From a virus, in IMG/VR virus record IMGVR_UViG_3300021475_000010, positions 6,173 to 70,172 of that record: 64,000 bases of DNA. One strand, 5' to 3'. A program made the position numbers and the translations under genes. Within the stretch, counting starts at the first letter, position 1, and each line of letters begins with the position of its first letter. Under the pieces are notes generated by a model that saw only the letters and a list, made by a program, of their open reading frames with translations, was not told the origin of the DNA and searched no databases. Shown here in pieces: positions 52,574 to 62,798 of the stretch.

Positions 52574-52602
52574 ATTATAGCTGATCCGCGTCGTTTCGTC
52601 TA
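52574..52602 (-). promoter_or_regulatory. putative promoter TAGACG-N17-TATAAT for the scaffold/capsid operon
   Basis: Matches the promoter family, with a consensus -10. Confidence 0.75.
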
Positions 52603-52640
52603 GTCCCGTCGCGGACGCTCTATATACGGGGCAGCGTTGT

Positions 52641-52877
52641 CTACTGCTCCGAGGGTGCATGACCAGGCCTGAACCCGGTCGCGCGCTGATGTAGATTCGA
52701 GCACAGGCCCTTGACTATCTCCTGGCTCACGTACTTGCTGAGAAGCGCCTCGCACCTGTAGAAGTCGTCCTTCGTACCCCAGCCGATCTTGGCCGCGCCT
52801 GGCCCCTCGGCCCAGTACCGCATAAGCCGTTCTGTATCCTCTACGTCCTGTGCCGACGCTTCGCGCCCAGCTACCAT
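52641..52877 (-). CDS. small phage protein
   Basis: RYW..G.GAAKI.WGT..DF.RC...L.KY......GLC.NLH..ATG..PG, a motif I recognise from phage head regions. Confidence 0.7.
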   Translation of the reverse strand: MVAGREASAQDVEDTERLMRYWAEGPGAAKIGWGTKDDFYRCEALLSKYVSQEIVKGLCSNLHQRATGFRPGHAPSEQ

Positions 52878-52878
52878 A

Positions 52879-53205
52879 TCACACCGCCTCGATGAGCAGA
52901 GGACCCTGGCTAGCGGTCCTCACGTTGTCGAACGGGTCGAAGACCCTGACCTTCCACCACCAGGCTCCAGTCACCTGGGTGTCAGCAGACGGGATGGCAA
53001 ACGTGGAGAGCGTAGCGCCCAAGTTGTCGGGGTCGTCTAGCACTTCGCTATCGTACTTGATCACTTCTGGATCAGTGTCAGGTATCGTCTTGTCATCCTT
53101 GACATAGAATGTAGCCGTCATGCCCGTGCCGTCTGATATCTCAGGGAACCGCGCGGTCACGACGATGTCGTCTCCCTGCTTGAAGAACAGCGCTATCATG
53201 TCCAT
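52879..53205 (-). CDS. hypothetical beta-sandwich virion accessory protein
   Basis: QGD, F.VK, IP.ADT...G.WWW.V. Confidence 0.65.
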   Translation of the reverse strand: MDMIALFFKQGDDIVVTARFPEISDGTGMTATFYVKDDKTIPDTDPEVIKYDSEVLDDPDNLGATLSTFAIPSADTQVTGAWWWKVRVFDPFDNVRTASQGPLLIEAV

Positions 53206-55316
53206 TATGTCACCTCTGCAGATATTTCGTTAGTTTCGATAGTAGCGGCGGCTGTATCGGACTCAACCGCCGCAACGACACTGTCTGCTACGACCGACGC
53301 CGAGAGCACGTTCACGCTTAGCTCCGCGCCAAGCTCATTACTAACCCAAACGATAGCCGTGACCTCTTCGGGCAGCGAACCCGCCACAAACGGCAAGCCT
53401 ATCCAGCCACTCGCTTGACTCTGAGATAGCGCCAGTCCGGTGATTACTTCAAGCCCGGCCAGATAACCATCAGCGCTGCTATCCGTCTCCGCGCTACCGG
53501 ACACGCTCATCACGAGGACGACCCCACCCAAGCCTACCGATACCGCGCGGGAGGTCCCTGAGAGCGCTCCCTGGGAACTTATACTACCGGACGCCGAGGA
53601 CGCGTTAAAAGCCGTACCGGAGAGCATCATAACCGATACGACCGCGCCGCTTGCCGTCGACACGGTAGCTGAGAAGCCTGCAATAGTCAGAGGCGGCTTG
53701 CCAACTATAGTAACATCGCCAGAGCCCTGGCTAGCTGTGGCGCTGGTCCCGGAGATTGCAGCCTCAAGCCCCAACCAACCGGTAGCACTCGATTGCGTCG
53801 ATGCCGAGCCCGACATCGGTCCACCAGCTAGCCAGCCGTCTCCCTTGCTCGACGTGGCCGAAACACCGGCGACCACCCCGGCCAGCATAATGGAGCCCGC
53901 AGCAACACTGGCCGAGGTGGCCATACCAGTGACAGCCCCGACCAGTTGGATGGAGCCCGTAGCACCACTGGCCGAGACCGCACTGCCGGCTAGCACGCCC
54001 AAACGCGTCAACGCGCCGGTCGCTGCCGACGCACTAACTGACATGCCAGCCAGAGCCGCGAAGAGGGACACGGTTCCATTCGCGGCGCTCTGCGTAGAGG
54101 CTACGCCATTCACATCATAAGTGATAGCCCCTACATGAATAACCACCGCGCCAGACGCAGAGCTGATTGCGGCAGAAGAACCCGCAACGGGCGACAGTCT
54201 GCCGAGGGTGCCTGACGCGGTGGAGGTTGTGGAGGACGACCCCGCGCAGGCCAGGGTCATAGTAATAGAGCCAGATGCAGCAGATGCGGTCGAGGCCGAG
54301 CCAGATACTATGTCCTCTCCGCCAATTGCCCCAGTAGCAGAGGACGCGGTAGCGGACGAACCTGACAGAACAAGTATAGCGACCACCGCGCCTGAGGCAG
54401 CGCTAACCGTGGTGGCGGTCCCACTGATTGGAGAAAGCGTGCCGAGGGAACCTGACGCGGTGGTCGCGGTCGAGGACGTACCCGATACGGAACCGATCAA
54501 AACCACGGCACCGTTAGCCTGGGACGCGGTGGCGGATTGCCCAGCCATCGGAGAGAACCGAGACACAGACCCGGAGGCTGTACTCATTGTGACGGACGAA
54601 CCCGCCACCGCGCCGATCAACACTACTGAGCCCGCTGCGGATGACGCAGTAGACGAGTAACCAGATATGGCAGCAGCTGTAAATGCACCGGTAGCAGATG
54701 AGGAGGATGCGCCTGACCCCGCGCAGGCAAGTATCTGGGCTATCGTTCCTGACGCGGCCGAGGTCGTTGTGGCGAAACCGTTAATGCCGCCGAGACCAGA
54801 AATGGTGCCGAACGCTGACGAAGCAGAAAGCGCGGTGCCTGAAATGACGCCTATGCGTACAACTGTGCCTGACGCCGACGAGGTAGTCGAGGCCGAGCCG
54901 TTGATCGAACCAAGCGCACTGATGGAGCCCGTAGCGGTCGATGTGCTCGACGCGGAGCCCGCAATGCGCATCGTAGTAGTGATGGCACCGGTCGCGGATG
55001 ATGATGAAGCGCTAGAGCCTGATATGACGGCGGTTCGCCCGAGCGAGCCGGTCGCGGATGATGTGCTAACCGCTAGGCCGTCAAGCTCCTGACCGGGCAG
55101 CCATACCGGAAGCACTGGCAGAACGCCCCAGGACGCCGGGAATGGTACTATCTGGTCGTCTGTGATAACACCTGGGTATGAATGCGATAGCGGCTGAATC
55201 TCGGCAAGAATACTAGGCGGGGGAGTTACGGCAATGGCAGGACGTGTGCCGAATCCCGGCACGGTGTTGCCCCAGGGCTTACCGGCCGGAGTGACCTGGT
55301 ACGGGTCCTGTGCCAT
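53205..55316 (-). CDS. Ser/Ala/Gly/Thr-rich 20-aa repeat protein (fibre-like)
   Basis: Roughly 25-28 repeats of (I/V)xGx(S/A)xxxSxAxGx(I/V/L)xxxx. Confidence 0.85.
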   Translation of the reverse strand: MAQDPYQVTPAGKPWGNTVPGFGTRPAIAVTPPPSILAEIQPLSHSYPGVITDDQIVPFPASWGVLPVLPVWLPGQELDGLAVSTSSATGSLGRTAVISGSSASSSSATGAITTTMRIAGSASSTSTATGSISALGSINGSASTTSSASGTVVRIGVISGTALSASSAFGTISGLGGINGFATTTSAASGTIAQILACAGSGASSSSATGAFTAAAISGYSSTASSAAGSVVLIGAVAGSSVTMSTASGSVSRFSPMAGQSATASQANGAVVLIGSVSGTSSTATTASGSLGTLSPISGTATTVSAASGAVVAILVLSGSSATASSATGAIGGEDIVSGSASTASAASGSITMTLACAGSSSTTSTASGTLGRLSPVAGSSAAISSASGAVVIHVGAITYDVNGVASTQSAANGTVSLFAALAGMSVSASAATGALTRLGVLAGSAVSASGATGSIQLVGAVTGMATSASVAAGSIMLAGVVAGVSATSSKGDGWLAGGPMSGSASTQSSATGWLGLEAAISGTSATASQGSGDVTIVGKPPLTIAGFSATVSTASGAVVSVMMLSGTAFNASSASGSISSQGALSGTSRAVSVGLGGVVLVMSVSGSAETDSSADGYLAGLEVITGLALSQSQASGWIGLPFVAGSLPEEVTAIVWVSNELGAELSVNVLSASVVADSVVAAVESDTAAATIETNEISAEVT

Positions 55317-55750
55317 TACTCCTCGTAAGTAGCATACCCGCCAAACACGGAAGTTGACGCACCTATGTTCCAGACCACAAGCTCGGCAGGCCCGGACGGG
55401 ATAACCAGTCCTCTACCCCAGCTCCAGACGATACCCGCGCCTAGGGTAGCAGGCATACCGAACCGTCTCATGAAGTTAGCCGGGGATGTCGGCTTGGTCG
55501 TTGCCGCGACAGCTCCCATGCAAGCAGCAGCAGCAGCCGACGTGTCCTGCGGCTGCGGCGTTAGTGCGGTAGGCGTAACCGAGACAGCTGCCGGTCGTCC
55601 CAGGCCGACAACCGAGGCAGCCGCTGTTCCCGATTCAAGGAACACACCCATCTCGAACAAGCGCATATCCTTGCCCGCTGTGCTCCTGAGCCAGAATAGC
55701 GCGGATGCGGAAACTCCAGTCACCGTCCACGCGACGTCATATAGAGCCAT
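55316..55750 (-). CDS. hypothetical virion accessory protein
   Basis: TAATG coupling on both sides; beta-rich. Confidence 0.75.
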   Translation of the reverse strand: MALYDVAWTVTGVSASALFWLRSTAGKDMRLFEMGVFLESGTAAASVVGLGRPAAVSVTPTALTPQPQDTSAAAAACMGAVAATTKPTSPANFMRRFGMPATLGAGIVWSWGRGLVIPSGPAELVVWNIGASTSVFGGYATYEE

Positions 55751-56031
55751 TACGTAAACCTCATCGGTTCCGATAGCAGGGTTAGGACGACAGGAACAAC
55801 GCCGCCTGCTTTAGCGCACTCCTGACAGATGGCGCCACCGCAGGCCGCGATCGTCGCGTGTATAGGACATAGCCATATCTTCCGGTCATGCCCGACTACG
55901 CCACAGTACCTCTGGTACAAGGCCGCCGGAGTGGCTCCACACTCGACGCCCACGTCCACGATAGCGCTACACGGATACGCCCGCACTACCTTGAGGTCTG
56001 GAACAACCGGGCTGATCGTAAAGATTGTCAT
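55750..56031 (-). CDS. Cys-rich hypothetical protein
   Basis: C...CG...C...H....LCPIH...C....CQEC. Confidence 0.6.
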   Translation of the reverse strand: MTIFTISPVVPDLKVVRAYPCSAIVDVGVECGATPAALYQRYCGVVGHDRKIWLCPIHATIAACGGAICQECAKAGGVVPVVLTLLSEPMRFT

Positions 56032-56032
56032 G

Positions 56033-56500
56033 TCACACCTGGCAGAGGAAGCCCACACCCGCGCTGCCAGTACCAGCAGCAGCCTGGAGGCTGTCTCCGA
56101 TTGCCGGGGTACGCGACGACGCGAGTAGGAATGCTGCGATGGGATGAGCAGCGCCACCAGACACCGCGTCGGTAGCAATGCCCCAGTTGGCCGTGCCTGG
56201 CGCGGACGTGAACGGTCCCCAAGTGATCAGGGATGTGTTGTAGATGACCGAAGGGCTCGCGCCAGTAGCGGCCACGGGGCCATACGCCTGACGCGCGTAC
56301 GCGCTCGCGGTAGGCAGCTCATTGATACTGGCCCCGGACATGAGCACCTCGGTCGAGTTGAGCACACCCGAGGTCGCTGCGCTTGACAGCGCCAGGTAGG
56401 TCGCAGCTACGGCAGGGCTCTGGGCCTTCAGGAACACTGCGTTGAGGGCCTGCTGCTGCGCGTACTGCATGAGCTGGCCGGCTGATAGGAGAGTCATCAT
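56033..56500 (-). CDS. putative fibre-base / virion accessory protein
   Basis: LNAV, YLAL, E.....AYARQ, N...ITW, GI.TDA.SGG, GDSL. Confidence 0.7.
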   Translation of the reverse strand: MMTLLSAGQLMQYAQQQALNAVFLKAQSPAVAATYLALSSAATSGVLNSTEVLMSGASINELPTASAYARQAYGPVAATGASPSVIYNTSLITWGPFTSAPGTANWGIATDAVSGGAAHPIAAFLLASSRTPAIGDSLQAAAGTGSAGVGFLCQV

Positions 56501-56751
56501 GCCTCCACTAGCTGGAAGGTGCTGTCGAATATGTCTGGTTCAACCGTTGTGATACGGTTGATACCGGTTCCGTCGGTCCACTCGATGATGGGCCATTCTG
56601 AGTCCTCATCGAATGCGATCAGGGTGACCTCTTGTCCATCCTTGAGGTCAAGTTCCCTCATCTCTGCGGTCAGGGGCTCGCCCTTGGCCAGCTCGCCGAA
56701 GCCAAGGCCGTCCGCATGACCGAATGCGTACCTCTCGCCTACGTTTGCCAT
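56497..56751 (-). CDS. hypothetical protein
   Basis: Coupled ORF. Confidence 0.65.
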   Translation of the reverse strand: MANVGERYAFGHADGLGFGELAKGEPLTAEMRELDLKDGQEVTLIAFDEDSEWPIIEWTDGTGINRITTVEPDIFDSTFQLVEA

Positions 56752-56927
56752 TACTTCTTGCCTCGCTTCTTTGCGACCATCTCTCGGAATGCGTCCTCAC
56801 GCTTCTGCGCGTCGGACTTGTTGCTGTCGTCCTCCTGCTCTTGATCCTCGTCGTCGCCCTTGTCGTTCTGGTCTTCTGCGTCGTCGGCCTGCTTGGCCTT
56901 TGCCTTCTTACTCGTTGTTCCGGCCAC
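56751..56927 (-). CDS. small charged protein (not in ORF track)
   Basis: GTG start coupled to the upstream TAG; MAGTTSKKAK...KKRGKK. Confidence 0.55.
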   Translation of the reverse strand: MAGTTSKKAKAKQADDAEDQNDKGDDEDQEQEDDSNKSDAQKREDAFREMVAKKRGKK

Positions 56928-57187
56928 TAGCTTGTACTCCCGTCTGAGTTCCAGTTGTCTGGGATGAGGTTCCGCGCGTTCAGGGCGTTAGCACGCCTGA
57001 TCAGGTAGCGCCTGATCACCGAGTGATCGCCCTTGCCACGTCCGACAGCGCGGATTGCCTTCTTGAGGTACGCCACGTTAGGCGTCGGGTAGCGCGGAGC
57101 CCCACCGCTCTTGCTGGGCAGTGCTGCGCCCTTGCTGGCCGCTGCCTTTCGCCCGGCTGCCGTCTCATGAACTGGTGTCGTTGCCAT
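56927..57187 (-). CDS. small basic protein (DUF6582-like)
   Basis: R..AA.KG.ALP....RYP.....L..AI.AVGR......IRR.LIRRA..L.....IP.NW. Confidence 0.7.
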   Translation of the reverse strand: MATTPVHETAAGRKAAASKGAALPSKSGGAPRYPTPNVAYLKKAIRAVGRGKGDHSVIRRYLIRRANALNARNLIPDNWNSDGSTS

Positions 57188-58070
57188 GTTCTCTCCAGTA
57201 TTGATCCCAGGCAGCTCTCGCTTCCTTGCCGGTGAATGTCTCTGTTATACGGTTCCACTCATCTCGCAGTCCCGCATTCGGGCTCTCATCGCTCACTCCG
57301 CGCAACACCGGCTTAGCCAGACAGCTACAGTAGTCGTGAGCGCGGAAGCTGGTATTGCCGGACTTGAATGGTCCCTTCGCAGCCTGTGCTGCGCAATACG
57401 AACACGCGGTCGGACTAAGCAGCCTTTCCCAGCCCGTCGCGAGCGGGTCGCGAGCTACGGCCGCAGTCACTGTATTCCGTGCGCCGTTCAGGGCGAACCG
57501 GGCACCAGCGCCAGAGAGGGTGTTGCGCGCTACCTCCGATGCTCTGCCCGGTTCCTCTCCCTTCGTGTTCAGATGATGGTAGAAGGTTCCGTTTGCTACG
57601 GAGCCCGTCATCCGGTGGAGATGCTGAGCATTGAACGGTGCTGTCCGTACGACCGGGAAGTCGAGGCCATGGACAACATGTAGGTTGCGGTAATACTCAG
57701 CAGCGTTAGCGGCCGATCCAGCGTAGGCCTGAGCAATCAGTATCTTGAGGATCGGCCCCATGTCCTTCCAGCTCGCTGAGAACCGCTCCGGGTCGATATG
57801 CGCATCCCACATCGCCCGGATGGAGTTCTTGACGTATTCGCCGAGGGCACCCTGATGGCTCTGATGATGTGCATGAAGCGCCCGTGGAGGGTTCGGCGCG
57901 ATAGCCGCGAGAGGACCCGACGTGCCAGTGAATATAAACCGGCGCGCTCTAGGGGCTCTTGAACTAGGGTTCCGGCTAGTCGTCCCAGGGTCCGGCTTTT
58001 CGCGACCTCTAATCGCGTCCCGGTCGGTTTGCGGCTTCCGGTCGAAGGTCGTGTCTTGGTTAATGGACAT
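57165..58070 (-). CDS. MuF-like / capsid maturation-associated minor head protein
   Basis: A.EYY, NGARNT, GWER......ACSYC, FRAHD.C.C.A.P; follows the portal. Confidence 0.8.
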   Translation of the reverse strand: MSINQDTTFDRKPQTDRDAIRGREKPDPGTTSRNPSSRAPRARRFIFTGTSGPLAAIAPNPPRALHAHHQSHQGALGEYVKNSIRAMWDAHIDPERFSASWKDMGPILKILIAQAYAGSAANAAEYYRNLHVVHGLDFPVVRTAPFNAQHLHRMTGSVANGTFYHHLNTKGEEPGRASEVARNTLSGAGARFALNGARNTVTAAVARDPLATGWERLLSPTACSYCAAQAAKGPFKSGNTSFRAHDYCSCLAKPVLRGVSDESPNAGLRDEWNRITETFTGKEARAAWDQYWREHGNDTSS

Positions 58071-59676
58071 TCACGCCTCCGCCACCAGTAGCTGGCCGGG
58101 CCGACCGCGAGCCGGTCGTCTTGGTGATGTCGCCCTGAGTCCCGGCCGGTATCTGAACGGGCACGGTTGCCTCGACCCCAGTGCCGGCAACGTTCGATGT
58201 GAGACTGGAGTACTGAGGCTGAGACTGCATGGCTGCGGCCACGGCGTCCTTGACAACATCCTTGGCCTGGTACTCCTGCTTCGCGCGTACCCAGGACGTG
58301 ACGTCATCGGCGGTCGCGCCAGGGATGAGTCGCCATAGCTCTTCAACCGGGATACCGAGCATCTGGGCAGCCTTGCCGAGCCCGTCGATCGTGGCGCTGA
58401 ATGCCCTCGCGCTAGTGTCTCGCCAGACGACCTCGCCGTTGAGGTCATTCCAGCCCTTCTTGTCGCCAGAGGCGAGAGCGTTGAGCCGGAAGCTGTTCCG
58501 CCAGGGGTCGGTCAGAATGGCCTGTAGTTCCTCGACCTTCCGGTCTAGACCATCCCGCGCGGCGGCCAGCGCTTCTGCCGACAGGTTCGCAATCTGCCCA
58601 AGGAGGTGATACGGCGGCACCTGCGAGATAGTAGACATGTGCCGGATACCAGCCTCGCGACTGTCGATGTACGGCTGCAGATGCGTCTCATTGAACTCAC
58701 CGAACTTGCTGGTCGGGTCCTCGGCCGCCCAGACACGATCGACGCCTGGCTGGAACGGAATCTTGGGGCGTCCTGACTCGTCAGACGGCGCCATGCCCGT
58801 GACCCAGCGCTGCTTGAACGCTTGATACTGCTCGGCCATCATCAGGTTAAACGTAGTAGCGTTGATCTGGTCCTGGACCGGGATGAGCGGCTCGACCTCG
58901 CCTGAGCAGTCAGTCTCGCCGTCGAGGTCGGCCTCATAAAGGAACCGGACCACCGGGCAGATACCAAGCCCGTGATTCATGATCGGGCTCACACCGTTGA
59001 GGTACGGGTCATTGGGATCGGCCATCTGGAGGCTGAGATGAGAAACGTTCGTCACGATGCCGCTCTGCTTGCTGACCAGGATGTATCGCATCATGTCGTC
59101 GTACAGCGTTACTATCACGCGCTGTTCACTCGGCCGCATCGGATTACCTGTGACCCGCGCCTCGATCGCTACCTGGGGCCACTCGTCGTCAACGTCGTCA
59201 GCATAGAAGGCCGTCATTCGACGCGGGCTGACCGGACGCATAACCGGTACATTGTCAGCCTCTAGCTCTTCGTCCCGCGCCATCTCGCCGGGCAGCACCA
59301 CTATGTACGCAGACCCGTACTTGCTGACAGACCGGTGAACGCCGTGCTGGCGGGATATCATCCGGTTGGCGCGGAACACGTTCCAAGAGTCTTCAGGGTC
59401 GGTACTGGATGCTGTCTCAACGGTCGTCGTCCCTGACGGCTTGTAGCCATCTACGTGTAGGTTCTCCGAGATGACCGAAACGACGAGCGGCAGAAAGTTG
59501 CGCTTGGCCTTCGACATGATCCAGCGGTACTCAGCATTGACGCCCTTGGGCGCGTACGGCTTGGCATGGTTGCCCACCATGTACCGAGCGATCTTGTCAA
59601 GTCGAACCTGCTCCATGCCCCGGAGCTGCATCATCTGCTCGGCCAGGGTACCAACCTCTGCGATATCAACTATCAT
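58060..59676 (-). CDS. portal protein
   Basis: NFLPLVV, L.VDG, HGLG.CPVVRF, GEVEPLI..QD.IN, NLSAEAL, WRD. Confidence 0.95.
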   Translation of the reverse strand: MIVDIAEVGTLAEQMMQLRGMEQVRLDKIARYMVGNHAKPYAPKGVNAEYRWIMSKAKRNFLPLVVSVISENLHVDGYKPSGTTTVETASSTDPEDSWNVFRANRMISRQHGVHRSVSKYGSAYIVVLPGEMARDEELEADNVPVMRPVSPRRMTAFYADDVDDEWPQVAIEARVTGNPMRPSEQRVIVTLYDDMMRYILVSKQSGIVTNVSHLSLQMADPNDPYLNGVSPIMNHGLGICPVVRFLYEADLDGETDCSGEVEPLIPVQDQINATTFNLMMAEQYQAFKQRWVTGMAPSDESGRPKIPFQPGVDRVWAAEDPTSKFGEFNETHLQPYIDSREAGIRHMSTISQVPPYHLLGQIANLSAEALAAARDGLDRKVEELQAILTDPWRNSFRLNALASGDKKGWNDLNGEVVWRDTSARAFSATIDGLGKAAQMLGIPVEELWRLIPGATADDVTSWVRAKQEYQAKDVVKDAVAAAMQSQPQYSSLTSNVAGTGVEATVPVQIPAGTQGDITKTTGSRSARPATGGGGVNVH

Positions 59677-61337
59677 GAGAAGCTCCAGACTTGCCTCTTT
59701 GAAGCACGCTCGGCCTCTTTCTTCTGCTCCTTGAAGTTCTTGCTCGACAGGACCAGTCGGCGAGCGTGACGAGCTATGATCATAGCTACACACGCGTCAA
59801 TCTTGCGTGATGACTTCGGGCTCTCCTTGGCGATGCTGATACCCCAGCGGTTCGGCCGACGCCGAGCGTTGATAACATGGCGGCCGAGGAAGCTGTCGCC
59901 GTCGTGTACGAACGTTCCCGACTCAATCTCGCCGAGCACCATCTCACAGGCCATTGTGAACTCGGCGATGTGAGAGCGCATGTCCCAGGCTACCGGCTGA
60001 GGGTCGCGACCGGCTGGTACCGCCCAGACCGGCAAGTCTTCCTCGAACAGGTCACGCCAGGTAATCTTGGTGTGCTCTTCCCACTCGTTCACATCGGCGA
60101 AGAATGCGCACACGTTCCAGCGCTTGGCTGCGGCCTCGACGGCTGCGTTTACCTCCGCGACAGGGATAGGGCGTCGCCCATCATCAGTCTCCCATACGCC
60201 TAGGCTGAATGTAAATCCGGTCTTAATGTGACAGCCGATCAGAGCGGTGGCATCATTGATGCGACTGCCGTCAAAACCCATGGTGATATCATCACCGTCA
60301 GCAATATAAAAAGCTGGATCAGCGAGCTTAGACCAGAGCTGCTGCGTAGTCCATGCATCCTCGGCCGCCTCCGGCCAGTTCAGATAGTACCGCTTCGAGA
60401 CATCGAGCGGGTTCTTTGGAGACAGTATGCGGTTCTGTACGATATCATCCACGTCGACCCAGTAGGCGTCACCGTAAGCGTGCTGGACACCTCGCTCAAT
60501 CGACTTGTCATCCTCAAAGTCAGTATCAGGCGGAGCCATACGAGAGTCGTAAAGAATGCGGCCACGTCCGCGCAGCCGTCCCTCTTCTTGAGCGACCCAA
60601 GCATCAAAAGTAGACTCAGCCACTGATTCCTTGCCGGGCTCCCAGGCATTGCTCGTCTCCAGTAGTCGACTGCCGGACTTGCCGACGTTGCGGTCGAGGA
60701 CCTCGCTCAGCGCCTTGCCACCGTTGACGGGCAGGAAGCTCTCGGTCTGGTCTAGGATAGCAAAAGTGACCAGGGCGCCTTCCTCAGTGACCGGGCTTGA
60801 CGTGATGACCATGAGCTGCCCACCACCCGGTATGTGGAACACAGTCTTACCTGTCTCGACATCATAATCTCCACGTATGCGGGATTTGGGAGGCAGAAGT
60901 GCGCGTACCATACGCATTGTATTGACATTTGCCTGGTCATGACTGGTAGCGGCAATTTGCACGAGGGGCATGCCAACGGGACGTCCAACGCACCCTCCGA
61001 GCACACGATTATCAAAGTCCTTGAGCCTAACTGGTGCGAGTAGCTCGATCAGGCTCATCACCGCTGCAAATGGTGACTTGCCAGCGCCTTTTGGGTAACG
61101 ACGCACTCCATGGTAGAAGAGCCAGCGCCCGTTCTCATCGAGGGCATACCACCACAGGATAAACCTGACCTGGCTCTCGATGAACTCCCAGCGCTGACCT
61201 GTGTACTGGCCGTCGGGCTGGCGCAGGTACTTGCTGGCCCAGTGAATGGCCTCCCAGCCGAGTGTCAGCTCTGGGATACCGTCGGGTATTGTCACCGTAC
61301 GATCGCGCGGAGCTATCAGCTGGATGTCCTGTCTCAT
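59673..61337 (-). CDS. terL: terminase large subunit
   Basis: TLGW, Q.RFILWWY, PKGAGKSP, GFDGS..NDATAL, KESPKS.RKIDA. Confidence 0.96.
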   Translation of the reverse strand: MRQDIQLIAPRDRTVTIPDGIPELTLGWEAIHWASKYLRQPDGQYTGQRWEFIESQVRFILWWYALDENGRWLFYHGVRRYPKGAGKSPFAAVMSLIELLAPVRLKDFDNRVLGGCVGRPVGMPLVQIAATSHDQANVNTMRMVRALLPPKSRIRGDYDVETGKTVFHIPGGGQLMVITSSPVTEEGALVTFAILDQTESFLPVNGGKALSEVLDRNVGKSGSRLLETSNAWEPGKESVAESTFDAWVAQEEGRLRGRGRILYDSRMAPPDTDFEDDKSIERGVQHAYGDAYWVDVDDIVQNRILSPKNPLDVSKRYYLNWPEAAEDAWTTQQLWSKLADPAFYIADGDDITMGFDGSRINDATALIGCHIKTGFTFSLGVWETDDGRRPIPVAEVNAAVEAAAKRWNVCAFFADVNEWEEHTKITWRDLFEEDLPVWAVPAGRDPQPVAWDMRSHIAEFTMACEMVLGEIESGTFVHDGDSFLGRHVINARRRPNRWGISIAKESPKSSRKIDACVAMIIARHARRLVLSSKNFKEQKKEAERASKRQVWSFS

Positions 61338-61513
61338 AGGACACCTCGGCGCACGCGATGAGCCCCGCGCGGGATGAGCATGTGGATGAGCAGTATTGTC
61401 CATCCGAAGAACAGTGAAGCCACGAATAGGCATGACAGTGCGAGCGCACACGCCATGTCAAAGGTACTGTCGCCCCAGCGCATACCTCGACCCTTCCCTG
61501 CGAACGGTTGAGG

Positions 61514-61864
61514 CTAAAAACCCCTGGTCAGTTCGTTCGGGTGTTCCAGAGTGTAGTCGCCTAGATCACTCGCTGGGACTATGGTCTTCTTGTCCTCTGC
61601 CAGGACCATGGGCACGAGCCCATCGTCTCCCGCCTGGAATGTGACGACGAGCGACATTGCGCCGTCCTTCCAGTTGACGTACCATCCAGTGCTGTTCATT
61701 TCCAGCCCTCCACCTGATCCGCTTTCCCCTGGCAGGCCTGCTGAGCCTGTGTCGCCCTTTGGGCCTTGTGGCCCTGTAGCGCCCGTAGCTCCGGGCGGTC
61801 CTTGCGGTCCTTGTGGCCCCTCTGGGCCTGGAGGTCCTTCTGGTCCTGGAGGTCCCTCAGTCAT
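61514..61864 (-). CDS. collagen-like repeat protein
   Basis: GXY run GPPGPEGPP...GPKGDTG; AGGAG RBS. Confidence 0.75.
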   Translation of the reverse strand: MTEGPPGPEGPPGPEGPQGPQGPPGATGATGPQGPKGDTGSAGLPGESGSGGGLEMNSTGWYVNWKDGAMSLVVTFQAGDDGLVPMVLAEDKKTIVPASDLGDYTLEHPNELTRGF

Positions 61865-61917
61865 TGTCTCTCCTAATTGTGCGTGAATTGAACCGACCTT
61901 GCCGTGAATGGGTAAGG

Positions 61918-62232
61918 CTACGGGATGCACAGAACAATCGAAGAGAGACCATTGCCGAGAGCGCCTGCGCCGCCTGCTCCCAGAGCAGTAACGTTCGCGC
62001 GGGCTGCGCGGATCTTGACGTCTGACGCGGCGGTAATCCAGCCGTCGCCGGTGACACTTCCGCGAGCGGTCCAGGTGGTGTTATCCGGGCTCGTCTCTAG
62101 AGCCACGACACTGTCAGGGACAGGGCTGCAGACACGCAGCGTGAATGTCCTGAATGTATTACCCGCCCCCGCGTCATGCTTAACGGTTCCCGGCCCTGTC
62201 GCAGCATGTACGTTCTGCGCATAGTTGGTCAT
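61918..62232 (-). CDS. hypothetical virion-associated protein
   Basis: GGGAG RBS; V.LE.S.D...W. Confidence 0.65.
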   Translation of the reverse strand: MTNYAQNVHAATGPGTVKHDAGAGNTFRTFTLRVCSPVPDSVVALETSPDNTTWTARGSVTGDGWITAASDVKIRAARANVTALGAGGAGALGNGLSSIVLCIP

Positions 62233-62249
62233 GGTGTGCTCCCATTGCC

Positions 62250-62693
62250 CTATGCCGATGGGACAGAGTGCAGACGGCCTTGCCATCCTTGGACTGCCTC
62301 ATCAGCTGCCTTCTCATCCTCATCTTCTTGTACGGGCTCTACCAACTCTACGCGGCTGCGCTTACGGTCGGCAAGGGTAGCACCGAGCCGTTCACTCAGA
62401 CGCACAAACTGCGCCAGGATACTGGCGTTGTGTGTTCTCAGGAATACGTTGTAGGCATCAGCCGCAGCGACGGCTGTTGCCCAGTCGGACGGTTCCCAGA
62501 ACTCTGATTGCCCGGAAATGCGGAGCGAGTTGTACCAGCTCCGAGCTTTCGGGTGCCAAGCCTTATCGGCTGTCGGGATTGGGAAGTCTCTGCCAGATGA
62601 CGATCCGCTCGTCACCTTGATGAAACGTGGGTCATCGCCGTGGCCTGATCCAGCACCCGTCCGGTCTGCTGGCCTCTTCCTCGGCGTTGGCAT
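62250..62693 (-). CDS. terS: terminase small subunit
   Basis: P.A...WHP.A..WY.SL..SGQ..FWEPSDW.A...LGAT..DR.R.R.E. Confidence 0.88.
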   Translation of the reverse strand: MPTPRKRPADRTGAGSGHGDDPRFIKVTSGSSSGRDFPIPTADKAWHPKARSWYNSLRISGQSEFWEPSDWATAVAAADAYNVFLRTHNASILAQFVRLSERLGATLADRKRSRVELVEPVQEDEDEKAADEAVQGWQGRLHSVPSA

Positions 62694-62711
62694 TAACTTC
62701 CCTCCTGTACG

Positions 62712-62791
62712 GTGCTAACCTGGTGACCCTCGGCGTCCACACTGTATGTGAGGGGCAGCGTGACCACTTGGCAAGATCACCAGGTCAGCAC
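62712..62791 (-). promoter_or_regulatory. long leader hairpin between the promoter and the terS RBS
   Basis: 17-bp stem GTGCTGACCTGGTGATC/GGTCACCAGGTTAGCAC. Confidence 0.6.
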
Positions 62792-62798
62792 GTCGGCT

